64,000 nt of DNA, from assembly GCA_043800535.1 (NCBI GenBank), contig JAZDMV010000008.1, positions 9,251 through 73,250 on the forward strand, read 5' to 3'. The notes under the pieces are model-generated. The model did no database searches, was not told the DNA's origin, and saw only the letters and a program-made list of their open reading frames with translations. This stretch comes from a bacterium. GTDB lineage: Bacteria > Patescibacteriota > Minisyncoccia > Portnoybacterales > GWB1-42-6. Shown here one piece after another: positions 29,192-38,251 of this stretch; positions within the stretch are counted from its first letter, which is position 1; every line of letters begins with the position of its first letter. The position numbers and the translations under genes were made by a program.

Positions 29192-30736
29192 TTAAACTTT
29201 TTTTATCGCCTTATTAATCCTTGCCAGCGTCTTTTCTTTGCCCAGCGCCGCAGCGATCTCAAACGGCCCGGGCGATGCGGTTTGGCCTGATAAAGCCGCG
29301 CGCATAGGCCAAAGCATCAATCCCCTGTTTGGCAGTTTTTGGGCTTCGGGCATGATTACTTGTTCAAGATTTTCTTTTTTAAAATCTTTTTCGGAAATAT
29401 TTTGCAAAACTTCCTGAAGTTTTTTGAGAGCATTCAATGTTTGTTCGTCATCCGTGTCTTTCCAGCGCAGGAGTTCTTTTCCATATTCGGGCAGGACAAA
29501 GAAAAAAGCGACGCTCTCCCCTATCTCGGATAATGTCCTGGCGCGTTCTCTTTCAAGCGCCACGGCTTTTTTTATGAATTCAAAAGAAATTTTTTCTTTT
29601 GTGGCATTAATTTCGTAATCTTTGACGACGAATGGGCCTTTCATGGCGGCGATATCAAAATCGTGGTCAAAAATAGGCACAAGCAGGCCGTTTCCTGTCA
29701 AATACGGAATTAACATCTTCGCCAGCTTGTTTAGATCCAGCTGGCGCATGTAATATTGGTTGTACCAATTCAGTTTTTCCAGATTAAATACGGCGCCGGC
29801 TTTGTGGACTTTCTCAAGTGAAAAATCTTTTAGCAATTCTTCCATGGAATAAATTTCTTTTTCTAAGCCGGGATTCCAGCCCAAAAATGCCAGAAAATTT
29901 ATCATAGCTTGGGGCAGATACCCTTTTTCAATATAATTTTCAAGGGCCATGTCGCCTTTGCGTTTGCTCATTTTTGACTTGTCCTGGTTCAATAAAAGGG
30001 GCAGATGCGCCCAGCGAGGCGGCTCCCAGCCAAAATATTCGTAAAGCAAAATATGTTTTGGCGTTGAGGGCAGCCACTCTTCTGTACGCGTGACGTGGGA
30101 GATTTGCATCAAATGGTCGTCAACCACAACCGCCAAGTGATACGTCGGATAGCCGTCTGATTTTAAAAGCACCTGGTCGTCAAGTTCGTTTGTGTTATAT
30201 TTTACGTCCCCTCGCACTAGGTCATTGAATTCTATAACTCGGTTTTCGGGAATTTTCATGCGGATGACGTGCGGCTCATTGTTTTTAAGACGCGATTGAA
30301 TTTCGTCCGCGGACAAACCCAAACAGCGCCGGTCATATTTTGGCGCCTGTTTGGCGGCAGTCTGTTCTGCCCGCATTTGCTCAAGGGTTTCGGGCGTACA
30401 GAAGCAGTAATAAGCATGGCCGTCTTTGACCAATTGGTCAGCGTATTTTTTGTATAGTTCCAGCCGTTGCGACTGGACATAAGGCCCAAAAGGTCCGTCT
30501 ACGTCCGGGCCTTCATCATAATTAAGCCCGGCCCATTTTAAGCCGCTATAGATCGCTTCGGCCGCGCCTTCAACAAATCTTTCAATGTCAGTGTCTTCCA
30601 GGCGTAACACAAATTGCCCGCCTGCTTGTTTGGCAAGCAGATAAGAATACAGCGCGGTGCGCAAGCCGCCGATATGCAGATAACCGGTGGGGCTGGGGGC
30701 AAAGCGTGTGCGGATTGGAGAATTCGGTTTTTTCAT
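29192..30736 (-). CDS. gltX: Glutamate--tRNA ligase
   Basis: RFAPSPTG.LHIGG, KMSKR. Confidence 0.96.
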   Translation of the reverse strand: MKKPNSPIRTRFAPSPTGYLHIGGLRTALYSYLLAKQAGGQFVLRLEDTDIERFVEGAAEAIYSGLKWAGLNYDEGPDVDGPFGPYVQSQRLELYKKYADQLVKDGHAYYCFCTPETLEQMRAEQTAAKQAPKYDRRCLGLSADEIQSRLKNNEPHVIRMKIPENRVIEFNDLVRGDVKYNTNELDDQVLLKSDGYPTYHLAVVVDDHLMQISHVTRTEEWLPSTPKHILLYEYFGWEPPRWAHLPLLLNQDKSKMSKRKGDMALENYIEKGYLPQAMINFLAFLGWNPGLEKEIYSMEELLKDFSLEKVHKAGAVFNLEKLNWYNQYYMRQLDLNKLAKMLIPYLTGNGLLVPIFDHDFDIAAMKGPFVVKDYEINATKEKISFEFIKKAVALERERARTLSEIGESVAFFFVLPEYGKELLRWKDTDDEQTLNALKKLQEVLQNISEKDFKKENLEQVIMPEAQKLPNRGLMLWPMRAALSGQTASPGPFEIAAALGKEKTLARINKAIKKV

Positions 30737-30744
30737 TATTGAGA

Positions 30745-31230
30745 TTATAAATAATTATTCGCGAGAAGAGTAAATGGATTTAAAATTCCGAATCCCTTCA
30801 GGTCATCTAAATTAAGTAAAAATGCAAGCGGTAATAAAATTAAAAAGCTTAATATTAAAAAATATTTATCGAATTTGTCTAATTTTCTAAATTTCAAAAA
30901 AGCAAATAGAATATAAATAAAGATTATTGCAGTAAAAACAAAAGCATAAATAGTAAAGGAATCTGGCGGGTTGATTGGAAAAGATTCTGCCCCGCCTTTA
31001 TTGATGAATTCAGACCAGTTAATGCCGTTTTGATAAATAAAATAACTGGAAACAAAAATATAAAATAAAAAAGAAAATAAATGTCCTAGGCCAATTATTT
31101 TTAAAATTCTATTATGCCCCCAATTAATCGGCCAGAGTTTGTTTTTGGACGGTTGTTCGGGCGCGGATTGCCCGCTCGGCTGACTAGATTGTGGCGGCTG
31201 GTTATAAAGATTGTATTGTTGGTTATCCAT
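30745..31230 (-). CDS. Hypothetical AT-rich membrane protein
   Basis: Gln/Pro-rich N-terminus plus three TM segments. Confidence 0.55.
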   Translation of the reverse strand: MDNQQYNLYNQPPQSSQPSGQSAPEQPSKNKLWPINWGHNRILKIIGLGHLFSFLFYIFVSSYFIYQNGINWSEFINKGGAESFPINPPDSFTIYAFVFTAIIFIYILFAFLKFRKLDKFDKYFLILSFLILLPLAFLLNLDDLKGFGILNPFTLLANNYL

Positions 31231-31240
31231 ATTCTCTTTC

Positions 31241-31306
31241 TGTCATTCCGTGCCTGACACGGAATCCAGGTTTGTGGGCCTGGATTCCGGCTTTCGCCGG
31301 AATGAC
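31241..31306. repeat. Paired dRS3-like palindromes (GTCATTCC...GGAATCCAG / CTGGATTCC...GGAATGAC)
   Basis: Related units at 33685-33789, 36300-36392, 39885-39990, 59863-59893, 63280-63325. Confidence 0.8.
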
Positions 31307-31316
31307 AACTTTAGTA

Positions 31317-32423
31317 TTATTTTTTCGCGATATTTAAAACTTCCTGCGCGATTTGTTTATCGGCGTCCGGCCTAGCAAAGGCACGGGCGGCTTCTGCCAT
31401 TTTTTTGAGCAGTTCAGGATTATCAAGAAAGTGGAAAACGCGGTCTTTTAAAAAATTTGGCGTCAGATTTTCCTGGACGAGCGCCAACGTTGCTCCGGTC
31501 TTTGCATAGTCAAACGCATTAAGCTTCTGGTGGTCGTTGGCTGACTGCGGCAGAGGGATAAGAATGCTTGGTTTGCCCGCTGCGGCAATCTCAAAAATGC
31601 TGCCTGCGCCGGCGCGCGAAATGACAATGTCGGCGGCGGCCAGCGCCTGCTTCATTTGCTCTTCTGTCAGAAATGGAAAAAGATGATAGCCGGGCGGATT
31701 TGTAGAGCCGATAAGCATTTTAAGTTCGTCAAAATTTTCCTGGCCGCACTGATGAATTATTTCGCATTTTTGTATTAAAGAAGGCATTGCCAAAAAAATA
31801 ATTTCATTTATGGCTTTTGCGCCCTGGCTGCCGCCCAAAACAAGCACGAGCGGTTTTTGGCCGTCCAGGCCGAAAATAGTTTTTGCCTGTTCTTTTGAGC
31901 CGCCAAGCAATTCGGCGCGGATGGGATTGCCGGTCAGAGCCGTTTTTTTGGTCGGAAAATAAGCGGCCGTGCGCTCAAAAGAAATAGCGACGCGCTTGGA
32001 AAGTTTGGCAGTCAGGCGGACAGACAGGCCGGGAGTCGTGTCTGACTCATGAACCAGAACAGGAATGCGGTATATCCAGGCGGCTATAACGACGGGAACA
32101 GAGCCAAAACCGCCTTTTGAAAAAATGACATTGGGCATATATGAAAAAAGGATCCAGAGCGATTCAAAAAATCCGATGACAACACGAAAAGTATCAAGCA
32201 GGTTGTGGCCTGAAAAATAGCGGCGCAATTTGCCGGCAGAGATCAGATGTTTTTGGATCCCTTCATTTTGTAAAACATTATCGCCGACAGTTTCTGGGCC
32301 GACAAAAAGCATTTCCAGCGCCGAGCCGTCGGAAGACTGATAGGTTTTTTTAATTTCTCTTGCTACAGCGACAATCGGAAAGAGGTGTCCGCCCGTGCCG
32401 CCGCCGGTGAAAACGATTCTCAT
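31317..32423 (-). CDS. murG: UDP-GlcNAc:lipid I GlcNAc transferase
   Basis: TGGGTGGH, GNPIR, GGSQGA, SRAGA, HQ..NA. Confidence 0.96.
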   Translation of the reverse strand: MRIVFTGGGTGGHLFPIVAVAREIKKTYQSSDGSALEMLFVGPETVGDNVLQNEGIQKHLISAGKLRRYFSGHNLLDTFRVVIGFFESLWILFSYMPNVIFSKGGFGSVPVVIAAWIYRIPVLVHESDTTPGLSVRLTAKLSKRVAISFERTAAYFPTKKTALTGNPIRAELLGGSKEQAKTIFGLDGQKPLVLVLGGSQGAKAINEIIFLAMPSLIQKCEIIHQCGQENFDELKMLIGSTNPPGYHLFPFLTEEQMKQALAAADIVISRAGAGSIFEIAAAGKPSILIPLPQSANDHQKLNAFDYAKTGATLALVQENLTPNFLKDRVFHFLDNPELLKKMAEAARAFARPDADKQIAQEVLNIAKK

Positions 32424-32506
32424 TGGAAGATTTAAGAATTTAGATTTTAGATTTAAGAATTTTGTCCGTTGTTCTTAAATCATGAATCTTAAATCTTAAT
32501 TCTAGA

Positions 32507-33610
32507 TTATTTTATGGAGTGCTTTGATATATTCAGCAGTATTCCCACTGCCACTAATGATACCACAAGTGATGTGCCGCCGTAGGAAACAAAAGGCAGA
32601 GGTATGCCGGTCAAAGGAATAAGTCCGCTGATCGCCAGGATATTAATAAATGCCTGGATCACCAGAAGACTGGTCAGGCCGGCGGCCAAAAGGCGCGAAA
32701 ATTCATCAGGCGCGTGACGGGCTATCTTTAAGCCGTGCAAAGCCAAAGTGGCAAACAAGCTGATAAGGAAAATCATGCCAAGAAACCCGAGTTCCTCTCC
32801 GATAACCGCCGCGATAGAATCGCCTGCCGGCTGGGGCAGGTAAAGAAATTTTTGTTTTCCCTGGGCCAGACCCTGGCCGAATATGCCGCCCGAACCCAGG
32901 CCTATAGTTATCTGGTCCATCTGATAAGTTATGCTTTTGTCTGCCAGTTCCGGATGAAAAAGCACCTGAACCCTCTGCATGGCGTGCGGGAAAATTTTTA
33001 CAAGAGCGAACAGGGCGCCAAAGCCAAGCGGTGCCATTATAAACAAATGGCTGATGGGTGTTTGGGCGACAACGTACATGGCCAGAGCCGTTAAAGCGAA
33101 GACGCCCAAAGTTCCGATATCCGGTTCAAGACCGATCAGCACACCGACAGCCGCAAGAATTGCGAGAAAAGGAACAAGCCGTTTATGGCGCAGGGAGCGT
33201 TTGAGGTCACGTGACTTTTCAAGAAAGGCGGCCAGATAAACAACAAAAGCGATCTTAAAAACTTCGCTTGGCTGGAAATTGACTATACGCAGGTCAAGCC
33301 AGCGCTTGGCGCCACCCAGTTCCATGCTAAGGCCCGGCACGAAAACGAGGATAAGCAAAATTATGCCGATGACGAAAAAAGTTGATGCAAAGCGGCGCAG
33401 ATAGTGATAAGGGAGGTGGAAGAAAAAATATGCAAGGATCAGGCCTGGCAGGAGCCCTTTTAATAATTGGTTTTTTGCAAAATAAAACGACTGACCGAAT
33501 TTTTCCTGCGAAATAACACCACCGGCGCTGGTCACCATGAAAAGGCCAAAAATCACCAGAATTCCCGTTACGATTAGAATGACTAAGTTTGGCTTGCCGG
33601 CTTTGGGCAT
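32507..33610 (-). CDS. ftsW: SEDS peptidoglycan polymerase FtsW
   Basis: GAKRW, FQPSE, EPD.GT, GEELG, LPFVSYGG; located between murD and murG. Confidence 0.9.
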   Translation of the reverse strand: MPKAGKPNLVILIVTGILVIFGLFMVTSAGGVISQEKFGQSFYFAKNQLLKGLLPGLILAYFFFHLPYHYLRRFASTFFVIGIILLILVFVPGLSMELGGAKRWLDLRIVNFQPSEVFKIAFVVYLAAFLEKSRDLKRSLRHKRLVPFLAILAAVGVLIGLEPDIGTLGVFALTALAMYVVAQTPISHLFIMAPLGFGALFALVKIFPHAMQRVQVLFHPELADKSITYQMDQITIGLGSGGIFGQGLAQGKQKFLYLPQPAGDSIAAVIGEELGFLGMIFLISLFATLALHGLKIARHAPDEFSRLLAAGLTSLLVIQAFINILAISGLIPLTGIPLPFVSYGGTSLVVSLVAVGILLNISKHSIK

Positions 33611-33640
33611 AATTTGCGTTTTAACTTGTAATTGCTCGCG

Positions 33641-33682
33641 GCTTGTCCCAGGTTTGCCATAGCTTGTCCCAGGTTTACCATA
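33641..33682. repeat. 21-bp tandem duplication
   Basis: GCTTGTCCCAGGTTT(G/A)CCATA x2. Confidence 0.8.
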
Positions 33683-33803
33683 TTATCATGCCGGACTTGC
33701 TTGTCCTGCCGCAGCTTTAGCGGAGGCGGAATCCGGCATCCAGAATAAAAAGATGAACCTGGATTCCGGCTTTCGCCGGGGAATGACAACTGACTTTAGA
33801 TGT

Positions 33804-35300
33804 CTATAATTTATTCGCTGCATCATTAAATGCCTCGCCTCTTTCAAATTCGTGGCGAAACAGGCCAAAGCTGGCACAGCCGGGAGAAAGAAGCACAATA
33901 TCTCCTGCTTTGGCCAGGCGTTTGGCAGCATGAACAGCCGATGGCATATTACGGAATTTTTTTACGGTTAGTTTAGGCATTGCGGTTTTTGCGTGGCCTT
34001 TTTTGGCTGGAGGCAGAACTGGTTTTGCCGTCAGCAGCGCTTTCTTTATCGCGTCTTCAAGTTTTGGAGTTGCTGTTCCGTCAAGCAAAAACACGGCTTT
34101 GGCGCGGCCAGGCAGGATTTCTGCGAGCTGCGTAAAATCAAGATTTTTGTCAGCGCCGCCGGCGATGAGAATTAAGCGTCTGGTGTTAGCCGGCAAGTGA
34201 TCAGTCAGGGTGTTGATAGCGGCGATGGTCGCTTCGGGAATTGTAGAAGTGGTGTCATTAATGTATTTTACGCCGTTTATTTCTTTGATAAGTTCCTGGC
34301 GGCCCTGGAGTCCGCTGAATTCCTGAAGGACTTTTTTTATGGTGCGCGAAGGCACATTGAAAAGCTTGGCAACCGTTACTGCGGCAAGGGCATTACTTAG
34401 ATTGTGTTTGCCGGCCAGTTTAATATCGGAAACTTCAGCTATTTTTTCTTTGGAAGCGCCGAAAAACATGCTTTTATCGGCCAAATGCGCGCCGATTCTG
34501 ACCGCTTGATTTGTCTGTGGCATTTTTTCAAGTTCAGCCATGCTCTGGGCGTTTTGGGAAAAATAGTAAGTCCGCGATTTGGCTTCGCCGGCCAGAGGAT
34601 TTAACGTCTCGTCGTCAAAATTGAGCACTAAAAAGTCGCCCTTATTCTGGAATTTATAGATAACTTTTTTATCTTCCAGATAATCGTCCATGGAGGTGTA
34701 GCGGTTCTGGTGGTCTGGCATGATGTTTGTCATCACGGCAACCTGCGGGCTTTTTTGGTGTTTGTTAAGGCCGTTTAGCTGCCACGAAGAAAGCTCGAGC
34801 ACGACCAAAGTCGTCTTTTTAATTTGAGCGAGCTTTTCCAGAACCGACATGCGGATGTTTCCGGCCAGAACCGTATCGGGATGCTTGGGTTTCAGAAATT
34901 GATAGATGAGCGCGGCAGTTGTTGATTTACCGCGTGAACCGGTCACACCGATTATCGTCGCCTGACACAATTCAAAAAAAATCCCGATGTCGGTTTCAAT
35001 TGGTACACCATTGTCCCGGGCAATTTTTAAAAACTTTGAGTCGCTAGGCACGTCCGGATTTTTTATGACCAGGTCTGTATTCTTAAAATCTTCTTCGCGG
35101 TGCTGGCCAAGCATGTAGCGGATGCCGTTAAAATTGCGCAGAGCGTCAAGGGATTCTCTTAGCTCGCGGCGCGACCTCAAATCAGTGGCCAGAACTTTGG
35201 CCCCTGCCTGATAGAAAAAATTTATCACGCCGACTCCTCCGCCATGGAGCCCAATGCCCATGACAGTGACGCGTTTGCCTCTGAAGTCTTCTATTTTCAT
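33804..35300 (-). CDS. murD: UDP-MurNAc-L-Ala--D-Glu ligase
   Basis: GVTGSRGKSTT, LELSSWQL, LLSPGCASF..F....ERG. Confidence 0.93.
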   Translation of the reverse strand: MKIEDFRGKRVTVMGIGLHGGGVGVINFFYQAGAKVLATDLRSRRELRESLDALRNFNGIRYMLGQHREEDFKNTDLVIKNPDVPSDSKFLKIARDNGVPIETDIGIFFELCQATIIGVTGSRGKSTTAALIYQFLKPKHPDTVLAGNIRMSVLEKLAQIKKTTLVVLELSSWQLNGLNKHQKSPQVAVMTNIMPDHQNRYTSMDDYLEDKKVIYKFQNKGDFLVLNFDDETLNPLAGEAKSRTYYFSQNAQSMAELEKMPQTNQAVRIGAHLADKSMFFGASKEKIAEVSDIKLAGKHNLSNALAAVTVAKLFNVPSRTIKKVLQEFSGLQGRQELIKEINGVKYINDTTSTIPEATIAAINTLTDHLPANTRRLILIAGGADKNLDFTQLAEILPGRAKAVFLLDGTATPKLEDAIKKALLTAKPVLPPAKKGHAKTAMPKLTVKKFRNMPSAVHAAKRLAKAGDIVLLSPGCASFGLFRHEFERGEAFNDAANKL

Positions 35301-35474
35301 ACTGGATAGTAGAAAGGCGACAGGTTAAAATTATTATGCTGTCGGGCAGCAGTCTAATTTTTACTACCCGGCATACAAAAACTCTCCTTTTCCTCCTGCG
35401 AAAAGGGTTTAATGATTTACTTATATTATATCAGCTTATTTCCTTTAATTCCACTTTGTCTTCCACAGATAACA

Positions 35475-35510
35475 AAGCGCCCTGCACTTTTACAAAAGTG
35501 CAGGGCGCTT
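35475..35510. terminator. Perfect hairpin, probable terminator
   Basis: AAGCGCCCTGCACTTTT-AC-AAAAGTGCAGGGCGCTT. Confidence 0.7.
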
Positions 35511-35607
35511 GCCTTAATTCCCTTTTCTGAAACCTCGCAGGAGAGAGCCAAACGAGGTCTCGGAAAAGGGGCCGATGTAATTACCATCGGCCTTTGAGGA
35601 CTGACTG

Positions 35608-35760
35608 TTATCGCTGGCTGGCAATCGCCAAAAAGATACACAGTGTCAGTAGGGCTAGGCTTAGCATGTCTACGTGGATTAAATAACCCGTTACGCATAT
35701 AAGCACTAACCCGCCAAAATATCCAATCCTTCCAATTAGTTGGTCGAGCCATTTATCCAT
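35608..35760 (-). CDS. 50-aa hydrophobic peptide
   Basis: MDKWLDQLIGRIGYFGGLVLICVTGYLIHVDMLSLALLTLCIFLAIASQR; SD AAGGAG. Confidence 0.6.
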   Translation of the reverse strand: MDKWLDQLIGRIGYFGGLVLICVTGYLIHVDMLSLALLTLCIFLAIASQR

Positions 35761-36013
35761 TTTTTTCTCCTTTCTATCCCGCCGATTCAGGCGGATATTT
35801 GATTTTTTCAAAAGAACACTTCGACAAGCTCAGTGTAAACTCATCTCTTTATAGAGACAGGAATGAAAGGGAGATTGAAAAGCAAAATATTGCCTAACCT
35901 CCCCTCCATACCTGTCGCTACAAGATATTATCGCTGGTTTGTTGCGCTGATCGCGGACTCCCGCGAGATTGCCACGTCGCTTCGCTCCTCACAATGACAG
36001 ACATTTTATATTT

Positions 36014-36250
36014 CAAGCAAAAAGCGGCTCCTTTGAGAGAGTCGCTTTTTGCTTGGTCCCACGGCCTAGACGAATCCGGGCTTGGGACTATCCGTTTATA
36101 CGTATAATCAGATAGTAAGTAAAAACGTTTATCCTCACACCTTCAGAATGCCTTGCAAGGTGTGGGGATTTATTTAAGCAGTTTCCCGCCTAAATCTCTC
36201 TCTAAACGCGGTTTAATTTAAATTTGAAAAAACACTAACTTTTCTTTATA
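36014..36250 (-). ncRNA. Candidate ~240-nt structured RNA or attenuator leader
   Basis: Between promoter 36256-36284 and terminator 36014-36055; GAAA and UUCG capped hairpins; no ORF. Confidence 0.45.
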
Positions 36251-36255
36251 CCTCT

Positions 36256-36284
36256 ATTATAGCATATCTGGAACTACCTGTCAA
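36256..36284 (-). promoter_or_regulatory. Consensus sigma70 promoter
   Basis: TTGACA-N17-TATAAT with TG extension. Confidence 0.8.
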
Positions 36285-36450
36285 TGGTTGACTATTTTCT
36301 GTAATTCCCGTGCCGCGCCCTTCCGAAGCTTTGAGCAAAGGAGGGAAAACGGGAATCCAGAATCTGGATTCCGGGTCAAGCCCGGAATGACACAATATTT
36401 TTTGCCCTTCCTCCCCAAATTTCATGAGCCATTCATAAAATCTCGGGTGG

Positions 36451-36881
36451 AAGGGGCAGGCGTATTTCTAATTTTTACCTGCCCCTTTTTTTTGAAATCT
36501 CTAAGGTACTCATTCGGGGCACAGCCGCCTCTGCCTCACGTGTGTTGGTTTTTTATTTTCGTCTGGACCATGCCCGTGATACAAACCAGACGACCTCATC
36601 CTTGCCATTTAACGGACGTTTTTCGATACGTCCGGGGTGAATGGTCTCAGCTTGCGCTCGAACTTTTGTTCATCGTGAGCTTGCATGCTGGCCAGACACC
36701 TGGATGGATTTCGCTTTTACGCGGAAGGATTTCCCATGCCTTTGGGTTATCCGCAACCTCCTAAGAGGAAAATGTGGCGGGTCTTGCCTAGGGACCCATT
36801 CGTCAATCTTTATCTAATGACTCTCACCTCCCTCTCCTGAAGCGGCGCGAGCTTTGTCGGCCGCTGGCTGAAATTTCCCGA
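36451..36881 (-). ncRNA. Candidate ~430-nt large structured ncRNA, class unknown
   Basis: Own promoter (36888-36916), 5'/3' closing helix, more than eight hairpins, terminal hairpin 36451-36487, no credible ORF. Confidence 0.6.
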
Positions 36882-36887
36882 TTTCCT

Positions 36888-36916
36888 ACTATATCATAAA
36901 TAAAAAACCTTGTCAA
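36888..36916 (-). promoter_or_regulatory. Sigma70 promoter
   Basis: TTGACA-N17-TATAGT with TG extension. Confidence 0.75.
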
Positions 36917-36951
36917 GAGTTGGCAAGGGTTTAGTCGTAACGATGAATTTA

Positions 36952-36989
36952 ACTCACCCCACCCCTCTCTTTAAAAAAGAGAGGGAGTT
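36952..36989. repeat. CTCACCCCACCCCTCTCTT...AAGAGAGGG repeat
   Basis: Near-identical copy at 57712-57750; relatives at 39268-39340 and 46795-46870. Confidence 0.75.
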
Positions 36990-36991
36990 TT

Positions 36992-38041
36992 TTAAATTAC
37001 TTTATCCAGAAACGCAAGGATTAGGCCGACGGCCGCGGTCATGCCGGAAATTATCCAGAAACGCATAGTGACTTTTGTTTCGGGCCAGCCCTTGCCTTCA
37101 AAATGGTGGTGTATCGGCGTTGATAAAAATATCTTTTTGCCGCCTCGCAATTTTTTTGAAATCGTCTGAATGATGACAGAAAGCGATTCTATCATCGGAA
37201 TAAAAGCAATGAGCGGCAGAAGCAGAAATTGGTTTGTTAGCATGGCGATTATGCCAAGCGTGATGCCGAGAGCCACTGCGCCAGTGTCACCCATAAAAAA
37301 ACGGGCCGGGTGGATATTGAACCATAAAAATGCCAGTAGCGCGCCGATAATGACGGCGCAAAAAGCCGTCAGATCATACCGGCCGAGCGAATATGCTATA
37401 GCGCCATAAGCGCCAAAAGCAGCCAGAAGCGTGCCGCCAGCCAGGCCATCAAGGCCGTCGGTTTCGTTAACAGAAAAAGCGGTGGCAACAAGAATGAAAA
37501 TAAAAACGGGGATATACCAGAGTCCAATATTAAAATCACCGACAAAAGGAATATGCACAATGCTCCATTCAAGTTTTGAAAAGAACCACCACGCGCCCAC
37601 CGCGGCTATAGCAGTGTAGACTAAAATTCGGTGGCGCATGCGTAATCCCCCGCCCTTTGGGCCGATGCGAAAGACCCCCAGCAGGTCATCGATTAAACCG
37701 ACCAGAGCCGAGGCGACGAGAGCCCCTAAAGGAAGCAAGGTCTCCGCACGGTTAAAAAAATTCATTCTGCCGATAAAAGAATCAATGCCCAGTTTTGGCA
37801 GAAGCCAGAAAATAAAGATCAAAAGCACGACCGTGAACCAGATCAGAATTCCGCCCATTGTTGGAGTCCCCTCTTTTTTTGCGTGCATGGAAGCAAAAAC
37901 CGGCACGCCTTCTGTGCGGATCTGTTTGCCGAGGCGGTATTTATATAAAAAATGGGTTAAGGCCGGCGTCAGAAAAAAAGCCACCAAAAACGCCAGAGCG
38001 CTTAAGGTTAAAATGCGGGAGATTTGGAAGATGTCGGTCAT
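36992..38041 (-). CDS. mraY: Phospho-N-acetylmuramoyl-pentapeptide transferase
   Basis: KEGTPTMGG, DD, N.TDGLDGL, FMGDTG, PIHHHF. Confidence 0.96.
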   Translation of the reverse strand: MTDIFQISRILTLSALAFLVAFFLTPALTHFLYKYRLGKQIRTEGVPVFASMHAKKEGTPTMGGILIWFTVVLLIFIFWLLPKLGIDSFIGRMNFFNRAETLLPLGALVASALVGLIDDLLGVFRIGPKGGGLRMRHRILVYTAIAAVGAWWFFSKLEWSIVHIPFVGDFNIGLWYIPVFIFILVATAFSVNETDGLDGLAGGTLLAAFGAYGAIAYSLGRYDLTAFCAVIIGALLAFLWFNIHPARFFMGDTGAVALGITLGIIAMLTNQFLLLPLIAFIPMIESLSVIIQTISKKLRGGKKIFLSTPIHHHFEGKGWPETKVTMRFWIISGMTAAVGLILAFLDKVI

Positions 38042-38111
38042 GCCAATGTTGTTAAAATTTTTGAGCGAAGCACAATGCGTAGCGATAAAAATTTTATCGC
38101 AACATTGAGCA

Positions 38112-38212
38112 CCCCGCCCTCTATGCGACTTATGTCAGATATATAATAATGGACTAAGAAAATCGGCCGTTTGATATTCTTATTAAATTATACATTAGAT
38201 TAGAGGGCGAGG
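38112..38212. mobile_element. 101-bp MITE-like cassette
   Basis: CCCCGCCCTCTA...TAGAGGGCGAGG-TAAA. Confidence 0.55.
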
Positions 38213-38251
38213 TAAAGGTTTTGTAATCCCGCTTAGCGGGAACAAAGCCCT

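Noticed and set aside
33641-33682. CRISPR array
   Set aside because: Two adjacent 21-bp copies with no spacer; no repeat-spacer array or cas operon in the window.
36288-36764. 158-aa + strand ORF over the candidate ncRNA
   Set aside because: TTG start, no SD, begins inside a dRS3-like repeat, implausible composition, antisense to the promoter.
36451-36881. Identification as RNase P RNA, tmRNA, SRP RNA or a group I/II intron
   Set aside because: The diagnostic conserved motifs were not found on either strand; only loose resemblance to RNase P.
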